DNA of 64,000 nt from Eledone cirrhosa. Lineage: Eukaryota. The stretch's first letter is position 1; each line of letters starts with the position of its first letter. Positions 47,428 to 58,893 of the stretch are shown piece after piece. The position numbers were made by a program, and so were the translations under genes. The stretch covers positions 353,772,001-353,836,000 of the forward strand of contig OZ024741.1 in NCBI GenBank assembly GCA_964016885.1. The letters are read 5' to 3'. The notes beneath the pieces are model-generated. The model saw nothing but the letters and a program-made list of their open reading frames with translations, was not told the DNA's origin and did not search any database.

Positions 47428-47796
47428 AGGAGAAGGAAAACTCTGATATAACACCTGCAACCCTGATGGTTTCCAATGATGTTGACTTGTTCTTCTTTTT
47501 GGTAAATATCATCTTGGTTAAGAGAGTGGGACTGGCTTTGTGCAGTGCCTTTGCTCACTATAAAAGCTTCACAGCACAGGCATTGCTTTATATCTGGAGA
47601 TCTCTCTGCACTTGTCGTCACATGGTACCACGGGCTCAACACTATGTGTCAATAATTGTCACAAGTGTAGTGTTTGTACCAGAGTTTTCAAGTCGCTGGC
47701 TGGACTAAAAAGTCACACTTATTCAGCGCATCGGTAGGGGTTCTCCTACATGGATATAAAGTAGTGGCCGTACTCGAAAACGAGTTGGCAGCCACC
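47428..47796 (+). mobile_element. Non-autonomous bipartite RTE derivative (RTE 5' UTR joined to RTE 3' end)
   Basis: aggagaagg...aactctgatataacacctgc and agagagtgggactggc...ctcactataaaa match the RTE 5' UTR (14890-15070); the last 32 nt match the RTE 3' end 19069-19100 at 27/32 positions. Confidence 0.75.
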
Positions 47797-47827
<31 letters not shown>

Positions 47828-47863
47828 CGTATATATATATATATGTGTATGTATGTATGTACG

Positions 47864-47895
<32 letters not shown>

Positions 47896-47904
47896 TGTAT
47901 GTAC

Positions 47905-47955
<51 letters not shown>

Positions 47956-47965
47956 TATGTATATA

Positions 47966-48046
47966 TGTATGATTTGTTTTTTTAGAAAAGTGGATGAGGG
48001 CGCGCGTCTACCTGAAATGAAAAAAAAAACGTTTTGTAAAAAGAGC

Positions 48047-48116
<70 letters not shown>

Positions 48117-48197
48117 GCTCTTTTTACAAAACGTTTTTTTTTTCATTTCAGGTAGACGCGCGCCCTCATCCACTTTTCTAAAAAAACAAATCATACA
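47966..48197. repeat. Perfect inverted repeat (~90-bp unique arms) around a (TA)n centre
   Basis: tgtatgatttg...gagctatattt (TA)n aaatatagctc...caaatcataca. Confidence 0.92.
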
Positions 48198-48322
48198 CAA
48201 AACGCCAGCACCAACAGTTTTGCAAGAGATGTCAACATGAATGGACCTGTTATATTTATCTAAAGACATTTTTTCCAATTCCATCCTGCCCGTCCCCTCT
48301 ATCTATTTTATTTCTCATTCTT

Positions 48323-48359
48323 TCTTCTGGTGAAGGACTAGCGTCCGAAACGTTAAAGA
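48323..48359 (+). ncRNA. Minimal hammerhead-like motif with CUGGUGA core; second copy at 49447-49482
   Basis: tctt CTGGTGA a-ggac-tagc-gtcc GAAA cgt TA aaga. A6G core change in both copies; stem III palindrome AACGTT in copy 1 and AAGCTT in copy 2. Confidence 0.55.
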
Positions 48360-48452
48360 CCCTCTTCCTGCTATATCAAGCGTTAACCTAATATATACCT
48401 TCCATATACTGTACCGATTGTGTTGTTATTTCTGTTTACCTTTTACACACTC

Positions 48453-48645
<193 letters not shown>

Positions 48646-48646
48646 C

Positions 48647-48701
<55 letters not shown>

Positions 48702-48702
48702 C

Positions 48703-48735
<33 letters not shown>

Positions 48736-48736
48736 C

Positions 48737-48767
<31 letters not shown>

Positions 48768-48808
48768 CATATATATACATATATATATATATACATACTT
48801 TTTTTTAA

Positions 48809-48839
<31 letters not shown>

Positions 48840-49114
48840 CATATAGATATATATACATACATAAAAACATGTAGAATTTCCAAAACTAATCAGATTAGAG
48901 CAAACATCACGGACGCTCTATCTCAAAATTATTTTTGAAAAGCATTAGAAATGCGCAACCGGTAAAACTTAAAACCAAAGCTGAATACTAACCAATACTA
49001 TTACTAATTCTCACTTATTCCTAATTAAACTATTTTTCACTGTGAACAATTTGTCAGCATTTTCTTTTCCGTTTACCAATATATCATAACTTGTGTGTTA
49101 CACCTCTATTCTTT

Positions 49115-49145
<31 letters not shown>

Positions 49146-50454
49146 GAAAAGAATCAGAACCCCGGCGGCTGAGCCCCGGCCGTTTCGACAGGTATATCCG
49201 AATTGGTCTAGTTCGTATCTAGTGGTCGAAACGGCCGGAGCGCAGCCGTCGGGTCCTGAACCTTTTCATATTACCCACTCTCGTACCCCAAGTATCGATT
49301 ACTCTGGTGGGTTATGGTCTAGCTGGTTTTTACCACATGCTATCTCCAAGAGATGGCAACATGAATGGATCTGTTATTTTTCTCTAAAAATATTTTTTCA
49401 AATTCCACCCCGCCCGTCCATTCAATCTATCAAATTTCTCATTCTTTCTTCTGGTGAAGGAATAGCGTCCGAAAGCTTAAGACCCTCTTCTTACTATTTC
49501 AAGCGTTAACCTAATATACTCCTTCCATATTATTTCTGTTTGCCTTTTACATATATATATATAAGGAAAAAAGATGAAATCGAAAATGTAACTGGAGTCT
49601 TTTTAAGAATATTTATTTGTTTTCTTTACCGGTTTCACAGTTCTTATGCTTTTCGAAAGTGGAATTGAGATGGAGGGTTTGTGTTTTTTCTCGCATCTGG
49701 TTGGTATTTGAATGCTAAATTGAATGTTTGTAAAAAATAATATATATATATCTTTTATATATATATATATATATCTATTCTCTACCCTGTCGCCACAATT
49801 TTAACATGCTAACCTTACCCCCCACACAAACATACACACACATATAACACACATACACACACACAAATAAATCCCTTCTCCATTTCTACTAATGGAATCA
49901 TTTTCCTACACACACATCAGCTCGCAAATAAGAATATACTGTATATCTCTATTTTCTATCCTGTCACCACCACCACTATCAATACAAACATTCAATTTAT
50001 TTCAATAGAAAATCTGGATTTTGACACCTCAGCGCATCAACCATACTCACTGAACCAGATCAATTCTTCCCATCCCTTTTTTCTTGACCATTATCTTTTG
50101 TTTTACACAAAACTCTCTTTGACAAATCATGTGACTGTGAAAAGCATAAGAACTGTGAAACCGGTAAAGGAAACAAATAAATATTCTTAAAAAAGATTCC
50201 AGTTGCATTTTCTTTTCCTTATACTTTCACTCGTGTAGGACATCTCGTTTTTTTTATCATTTAAAAAATAAACTCATTTTCTTTATATATATATGACTCT
50301 ATTCTCCACCTTTGATGGTATATATTACATGACTTGTTTTGTTATATTCAATATTACAAGTTACATACCTCACTTATATCGCTTGTACTTTAGCATTCTT
50401 TTTTATCTTCTATTTTCGTGTAGGGAGGAATATGTTGGGGCTAATGGCTCGAAG

Positions 50455-50610
50455 GAATATTGGTAGAACCTAAAAGTAATAACCGCCACCAAATTAAAAC
50501 ACAAGCAGCTTGATATTGTAGTTTTGGACCACACATTAAAACAATGCGCCGTTGTAGACGTCAGTTGCCCACTCGATGTCAATGTAATAAGAAAAATGCA
50601 AGAGCAGGAG
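50455..50610 (+). mobile_element. Short fragment of an R4/Dong-type RLE endonuclease
   Basis: Translates [47 protein letters not shown] (degenerate PD..D..K RLE motif). Confidence 0.6.
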
Positions 50611-50654
50611 GATATATATATATAAATATATAAATGTGTGTGTACGTATGTATG

Positions 50655-50733
<79 letters not shown>

Positions 50734-50749
50734 GGGGGGGAGAAGTAGA

Positions 50750-52130
50750 AACACAACAGTTAGTTCACCATACCGAGAACAATTGTTTCACCTTAGCGGA
50801 TCTTCAGCTCGTACTGGTCATGGTTATACGGAACAGGATGTACAACCGTATGAACGCGTATGCGCAGAAATGGTCACTTCACCCAAGCGATACAAAGCCA
50901 CAGGCGAAAGGTGTAAGGGAGATAACTGCGAAAGTCCGGAAAAGGTGGTCGAGTTGATTAGAAAATTAGAATATTGTTGTTATTCAATCCGGAGCTTTGT
51001 AGTTATGCAAGAGGTGTTTCCAGATATGAGGACAACGTGAGAAGATTTCATTCCTTAAATTTAGGCAATCGCTATTGCGTAATCTCCTTAGAATATTTAT
51101 TCTTTCTTCAATACACAGTCCACAAGACGGATTGCCCCTTGCGTATGGCTTGGACTTAGTGATGGCTTTCCATTGAATGGAGTAGTCTATACCTGAGTCC
51201 TTGGTGGTTGAGGAAGCGTTCCTTAAATCGTCCCTCCGCCATACCTACATACGATTTGACCTCCTGTGGTTGATTTGGTCGGTTGGAAGTGACCACAGTT
51301 TCATAAACTACAGCGGGTGTGTTGCATTGCTGTTGAAGGGGACAAGCTTCAGGCTTTCGGCAAGAGCATCCTGGTGGGGTGCCGCTCTTAGGACTGTTGG
51401 TGATGTGGGCCTTCATATTCTTAACGCAGGAGTAACCTAGTTTTACTCTGTGTCTGTTAAAGGTGGAGTGGTATTTGTGACCTATGGGAAAGTGTCTATC
51501 TAAGAGTGCTAAAAAAATGTTCCTACATTAGTTTTAACGTTGAGTGAGAAGGGAGGGGAGAACCAGATAGTTTGTCTATTGTTATGATTTCTTTTCTTAT
51601 TGCTGTTGTTGTTAGTGGAGGAGCAAGTAATTGGTTGCGAGAAGCCACTGTTAGCTAATGCAGTGTTATAGTAGGTGCCGCTCTGTCAAAGATAGTCTTA
51701 TAAGAGGAGAGGTTAGAGATTCTAGTACTGATATTATTTACGAAGTTTCTAAAAACAGTAGGAGGGTGGCATGAATCCTTGTGTATATAATTAAGTTTTT
51801 CGTTTAGCTTATGGAAGGGTTTGAAGGTATGTGTGCGAAGGTCTAAATTAATGTCTAAGAAATCTATGCTAGAGAGGTGGTAGCTACTGTTATCCTAAGT
51901 CCTAATTCATTAAAGGTAGAAGTTAAGCCTTTTTTAAACCGGTCTAGGTCGTGACCACTTTTATGGCTCGATAAGGTCAGGCCATCGTCGCGGTATAATC
52001 CCGTGTGGAAGTCCGAGAATCTAACACGTAATATATCTAAAATAAATAGGCCAACCAAGGCGCATACGTCAGCACTGTCAAACGATCCCATGGAGACGTC
52101 GAATAGTTCTGAAGTGATTGACTTCTTTGC
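50750..52130 (-). mobile_element. Penelope-like element remnant (Neptune-type RT, linker, partial GIY-YIG)
   Basis: MGSFDSADVCALVGLFIL, GLYRDDGL, IWFSPPFS, CSCRKPEACPLQQQC...VVY...YVGMAEGRFKERFLNH. Confidence 0.9.
50774..50811 (-). ncRNA. Minimal type I hammerhead at the 3' end of PLE 50750-52130
   Basis: Minus: cgag CTGAAGA t-cc-gctaa-gg-t GAAA caattg TT ctcg; palindromic AACAATTGTT stem III. Confidence 0.75.
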
Positions 52131-52378
52131 CCAGGCAGCAAGGCTTCTGAATTGATGTCGTGGTAGGCCATAGGGTTAGCCTTCTTATATTTAGAGGTAA
52201 TAGCGTTATGTGCCAAATGGCTGTAAGTAGTGTTGTGGACTTCATAAATATTATTGGTTTTGTCAGAAAGAATGAAAGTGTTATTGGAAACCTAAATTTC
52301 TTAATATATATATATATCATTTCTAAGTTAATATATATATATATATCATTTCTGAGTTAATATATATATCAATTCTAA

Positions 52379-52450
<72 letters not shown>

Positions 52451-52669
52451 CGGGATCTTCTAAAGATCTCGTCAAGGGTGAAATCAGCGATTCTTTGCTT
52501 AAACTTTAATCTGTTATTTTAATAAATATTTGCTCTATGGTTTTATATATTTTGATATATATATTATCCTTATCGAGCCCTCTTCAAATTTTAGTCTTCA
52601 CATTTATTATTATTACTATATATTTATATATATATATATATGTAAGCATGTATATGTATATATATATAT

Positions 52670-52707
<38 letters not shown>

Positions 52708-52712
<5 letters not shown>

Positions 52713-53440
52713 TGTACGTATAGTATATTTGGCAATATACCGTATGTTTAATTAAAAACATTTTGAAGACCTTGCGCTATCATTTTTAAAGTAGTGACTA
52801 TGTCACTTACTTCTTTTTTAGGCAAAAGAAGGGGGAGAAGCTGACAGATTCTGTTTCACGCTGTTGAACATTATAGAGGCTGGATTCTTATAGAATTCCA
52901 GTAATAATCAGGAACTGATTATACAGAGCGATTGCCGGTCCAGCAAAAATAAAAAAATTAGGATTGGTGCTCTGAAATAGCGATGTATACATGAATGTAT
53001 GTATAGTATATTTGGAAATATACCTTATGTTTAATTAAAAACATTTTGAAGACCTTGCGCTATCATACGGTATATTGCCAAATATACTATACATACATTC
53101 ATGTATACATCGCTATTTCAGAGCACCAGTCCTAATTTTTAATTTTTGCTGGACCGGCAATCGCTCTGTATAATCAGTTCCTGATTATTACTGGAATTCT
53201 ATAAGAATCCAGCCTCTATAATTTTCGGCAAAGGCGAATGAGGATCGCCAACAGCGTGAAACAGAATCTGTCAGCTTCTCTCCCTTCTTTTGCCGAAAAA
53301 TGAAGTAAGTGACATAGTCACTACTTTAAAAGTGATAGCGCAAGGTCTTCAAAATGTTTTTAATTAAACATACGGTATATTGCCAAATATACTATACATA
53401 CATTCATGTATACATCGCTATTTCAGAGCACCAATCCTAA
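52708..53440. mobile_element. Diverged relative of the 310-bp unit, as a head-to-head inverted pair (minus 52708-53064, plus 53064-53440)
   Basis: tagcgcaaggtcttcaaaatgttt...cgctatttcagagca...ggaccggcaatcgctct aligns to the array unit. Plus-side period is 305 bp; hammerhead cores are partly deleted. Confidence 0.85.
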
Positions 53441-53484
53441 TATATATATATATACTGTATATATATATACTGTATATATATATA

Positions 53485-53551
<67 letters not shown>

Positions 53552-53687
53552 GTTACATATATACCAATATTAAACTGGTTAGACCATTATTCAAGAGAGT
53601 ACTCGATACCTTGGGATAGTAAAATGCGACTATATTAGATAGAGTCGGGGCCCGACTCTTTCTCATATATATATATATATATATATA

Positions 53688-54410
53688 CTAGCAGATTTAC
53701 CTGGCGTTGCTCGGAGTTTGAAATTATGCTAACAATATACAGCTAGGAAGTAAAAGAAGAAAATTATTTGTCCCCAACCTGTGAAAATAAGCAGAAGTCT
53801 TCAATAATTAATGCAAACGAATATTTAGTGCAATCTTTGTACACATAAAACTATGCTGATAATGAAGGAAACTTTTGTTTTAACTGATTTCTTCATTGTA
53901 ATAATAGTTTTTTTTAATAAATTCACAATATCCTGGAAACATAGATAGTGACTGCCTCAAATGTGGACGAAATTACTTTAAAAATGTAAAAGTTGTAGGT
54001 CCCAACGGTTTGATTGGAAAGTCCCATAAGGATTGTTTTTAGATTGACTTCTCCCTTACAGCATACACTTTAGAAAAAACAATATTCTTGTATTACCTCG
54101 ACGGCATAGGCAATGCCTGCCTCACATTTGGTAAAAAAAAGCTTGAAAATTGTAAAAGTAATTGCAACTTTTAATTTGCATGGAAAATCCCATAAGGATT
54201 TTGTCTTCATTGTTATCTCCCTTACATCATGCACTTTAGAAAAATTAATTTTGCTATCGATTTTTTATGGCTCAACGTGGGTCGATTTTTTAAAAAAATT
54301 GTGACCATCTTAGCGACAGGTGCAACGTGCACAGAAAATTTGGTCAAATTCAGTTGGGAATTGTAAAAGCCTTAGGTGTCCAAATTTGTCCACACACACA
54401 CACATCCTCG

Positions 54411-54420
<10 letters not shown>
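53688..54420 (-). mobile_element. Non-autonomous Helitron-like element
   Basis: Minus-strand 3' end ccgagcaacgccagg hairpin followed by CTAG|T at 53688-53691, inside a TA run. No coding evidence. Confidence 0.5.
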
Positions 54421-54484
<64 letters not shown>

Positions 54485-54641
54485 AAGAAGCAAGTAGGGC
54501 CATCATATACATCAATGTGAACATAGATATACCTAGAGAAAATGCAAAGTAATAATAGAATGCCCTATACTTAAATAATACACTCAGAAAACCAAAGCCA
54601 ACAATAGAAAAGATATCTAATGGATAAGATATATATATATA

Positions 54642-55721
54642 CAGGCTGCGGACGGTATTTGGGAACAGATTTGTGGTTTTAAAAAAAGCTTATATGATAT
54701 CAGAAAAAAACTGTATTCTTATATAAATAACATAAACATAAAGCTAAATTATCAGGCTTTCAAAGAATCTTTGGTGCTATGGGGGAGGTGGGGTGTTCAT
54801 TGACATTTTTCTCAACGATGCTCCATGCATAGTAATCCAATGATTGAGATCTGGAGAATTAGGAGGCCAAATGTTGGGGGTAATGTGATCATGCAAATTG
54901 TCAGCCAGCCATTCTTGTGTCATTTGAGCCTTGTGTGATGGTGCAGAATCTTGTTGAAAGACATAAGGCCTTCCATTACATACACTGTTGATCCAAGGCT
55001 TAACAACTTTATCCCGAACCTCAATATATGCAGCAGCATTCACCCTAAGACCTTGTGGGAAAATGTGAGGAGGCATCACATGTCCTTCATTGCTAATAAC
55101 ACCCAAAACCAGGGTCTGCACATAGCTACCTATCATTTCTTGTTAGTTTTGTGGTCCTGGTCAAAGTTTTTCTCATCTGAGAAAAACCAAATCACACCAT
55201 CTTCTGATGGATTTTTAAGTTTGTTCAAAAGTCTTTTGGATCTGATTAAACGGTTTTCTTTTGTTTTTTTCTGAAATGAATTGACCTCTTCTCATCACGA
55301 AAACTTTGTATCTGATATCTTCATGCACAACATTTCCGATTGTTTTTTCTGACACACGAAAATGTTTTGCAATTGACCTCATTGATTTTCCTGGATTATT
55401 TTGCTTAACTTCCTGAATAAATTCAGGTGTCTTGATAAAGTCAGAGCATTTGGATGGTTTTTTTTACATTTTGATACAGGTAATACGCTTCCATCTTCTT
55501 TCTCTAACTCACACCGAATCTTGTGGACAAAAGATCTTGCAACTTTCAGAAAAGGAAAAATTTCTAAATCACAATGCTTAGCCTTCAAAGCCAAAATCAC
55601 AGCATGCCTTTTCATTTCATTAGTAAGCATAGTTATTTTCTGAAATGGAAGTTCAATAAAAATTAGTCAAATAAAATAATGACTAAAAATACATGTGTCC
55701 TCAAATGCCTTCCGCACCCTG
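54642..55721 (-). mobile_element. Tc1/mariner DD37D (maT-type) transposon, degenerate
   Basis: Imperfect TIRs caggctgcggacggtatttg / caaatgccttccgcaccctg with TA flanks. FFSDEKNF...FQQDSAPSH...WPPNSPDLN(P)LDY gives 37 residues between the last two Asp after correcting a 1-nt deletion. Confidence 0.85.
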
Positions 55722-55756
<35 letters not shown>

Positions 55757-58700
55757 CTGCAGCACATCCCCAGTGTAGCAACTTCAGGCTTTATATATAT
55801 ATATTCTATCTATACAAATGTACACACACACACACACACACACACACCTGCAGTTACAACAGCTAGTTTGAAACACTCTGGAATTAGAAATTGAAACGAC
55901 TGGTGCTCAGCCGTTGGGGTCCCGATCTTTATAATATAACCATACTCTACTACTCCAAGTATCGAGTACTATTTTGAGTAATGGTCTAACTAGGTTCAAA
56001 CTGGTTCTATCCTGATTTACATATATGTATATGTGTGTGTGTGTGTGTGGTGTAAGTGTGTGTGTAAGAGAGAGAGAGAGAGAGAGAGCGCAAAATTAGG
56101 CAAAACGAGTTGTGGAGATGAAATATTGGGAAAGTTTCTTAATGTGTCGGCTATACTTTGTTTCTGCCTAAGTCCAACCATATTTTGTCTTAGACGGAAG
56201 TAAGTAGTTGTAAATGTTAGACTGGTACATATACAATGTGTGTGCTCCTTTCCTTCATTCATCATTATTGACATCACATTGAGAAATCTAATCAAACGTT
56301 ACTGAAATTGTTAGTGTTCTTGCCCTTGGTATATTGATCAGGCATCAATCTTAAAACAACTGAAATATTTGTATTTGCTTCATCGCTATTTCTATAATTG
56401 TTGTTGAGAAAGTTCAGCAATCCAAATTCCGATATTTAATCAATTATATTAGCTTCTTGCTAGAGACATGCCTCCGTTTTTATTCAATCGCTGTATACAT
56501 AGTGTCTATACCATTCTATATACAACTGTTATGATATCTTCTTACCATGCGTCTTTAACTCTAAAAAAAAAGAACTTCGATTGGTTAACTTTAGTCGTTT
56601 GGTTTAAATCGATACTTTACGGTTTTTTCTATGAGGAAATGTTTCATTCCTTTATCGTTGCAGCTTATAATTTCTGCTTTATGGACTTTTATGGAAGAAA
56701 TGTCTATGAAAGGGATTTAATGTGCTCATATAATGAAAACTGAAGATTATTCAAGTGAGGAAATGTTATTGTAAATATATGTTGATACTAATTTTATTGC
56801 ATCACCATTATCCAAGTCTATCCACTAGAGCGTTGGCAGTCCATGTCGTGACAACGATATAAAAGACTTCAAGCTACTCGTCTAACAGTTATCTCCTGGT
56901 AATCTGAACATGACTTCAAGTCAATAAAATGTAAAATGACGCAGTAATAAGCTGAAATCGCTACACCAGTGTTACACAGACACTGGACTTGTCGTGGTGT
57001 AAACATATATCATGATGGAGTAGATCGCCTCTATTTTGCCGAAATATAAATTAACTATCCTATACTATGTTATAAACTGTTGGTTAGACACCAGTATATT
57101 ACAAGAAGGAACAGTCTTAAATTAAAAGAATTCTTTACTATTAGAAGAAAAACTAAAACAACACATTTAGACTCACTTGCACACTTGTTATATAACGCAT
57201 TGATTCAAATATAACTTAAATCTGCCTTAACTTCACCAGATCTCATATGGGTATCCATTATTTTTCAATTGCCAATCATCTTGTCTATATATTCTTCTAA
57301 TATTTTGATTAATTATGTTTCTTCAGAATCGATAAAATAATCACCTAAGAAGAATCAATCCACTACATCTTATCCTATAACGTTGGCATTCTACCCCATT
57401 AAAAGGAGTTCAATGTTGTTCCGGAAACAAAACAACCTATATTTACTTGCTGTTTTCATATTTAAATCAAAAATACAAATCGAAAATCGAAAGCGACTCG
57501 ACAAAAACCTTTCATTCTTTTGATCTTTATTTGTTCTGTTTTGGTGTTTAGTTGCTCTTATCTAGGGGCAATTAAAACTATATTTTCTAATTATTCTAAT
57601 TTGTCTATTCAGCATAGTACGCTGATGTGTGTAAATATATAAAACTAAGATGCAATATATTTATCATGTGATATATATATACATATAAGATAACAACAAA
57701 TAACAAATTTTCTGAAGTTAGACATTCAGGTTTCTCGAAAATACATAATTTATAATGTGAGAAACATATAATTGATTATACATTCATTATAGTTCTTTCA
57801 ATATTTATTTATTTAAATCGCCGATGTTATATATTCTGAAACAAAACTATGACTACGTGAATTAAACCATAATTAAACAGAAACAATATAATCCTTATAC
57901 AATAAAATTGTGCATATTACATCCAAATGGCGCTTAGCTGGTTTCTTGAACACAATTATTAAAAAGTATTCTATCTTCCCTAGGATATTTTCCTCTTCTT
58001 ACGGATGATGTCCGACAGAATTGATTCAAGTAGTCAACGAAAATCCACACCTTGTATATTCCTGACTGTGTATAGAGAAATGACAGAGAAATTGTTCGAA
58101 ATTATCGAATTTTGAAAGAAAGAAGAAAAACGTATAGGAGTGTTTTGCAAATAAATAGGTTTTGTTCCTGTTGGCATTCCATAAAGTCGTGCATCTGACG
58201 TCATTAACAAGCTACGCCGTGTTTTCTGATATTTGTTGTTACTGTTCTATTCGAATTGTATGGAACTTGATGTGAAGTAGGGTGTAAGACGTGGTAAGAA
58301 TATGCTGTAAGCCATATATGAGGTGTGGTATTCTAGATGCAAAATTGGCGGAAATCAACGAATAAATAACGGAACTGCTACAAGATGACGTGTTGCTCGA
58401 ACAACAAGTGTTGTGGACAGTATGATTTTATCATGGAGAACAACAAATAAAAACGTGTTTAGGTATCGACTACGAAACTTGTAATTAAATATAGAACATC
58501 GTTTGTGAATGTTCGGGCGCAAACAGAATTGTACATTGGTGTTATAGTTATATATAATATAAAACACTATTTTCTGCGTGAAATAAATATATAAGTTGTT
58601 GCATCTCCCGAGGAACAAAGGAAATAAGACGTTGATATTGATTTCAATGGTTACATGATTGCCATTATAAGAATTCTGATCATGTGTTTCTTTAAGGGGT

Positions 58701-58764
58701 ATCCTTTCAATCTTTTTACAAAACTATAACTATTTTTATATTATTATGTTATATAACTGAGAGC

Positions 58765-58880
58765 AGTAGATTCAGGAAAGTGTCGAACAAAATGCTTGGC
58801 CGTATTTATTTATGATCCTATACGTTCTGTGTTCAAATCTCGCCTTAGTCAACTTTGTCTTTCGTGGCTCGAAAAAATAA
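58765..58880 (+). mobile_element. SINE 5' fragment
   Basis: gtcgaacaaaatgctt...cgttctgtgttcaaatctcgcc, as in 3001-3205. Confidence 0.6.
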
Positions 58881-58893
58881 ACATTAGATAGAT

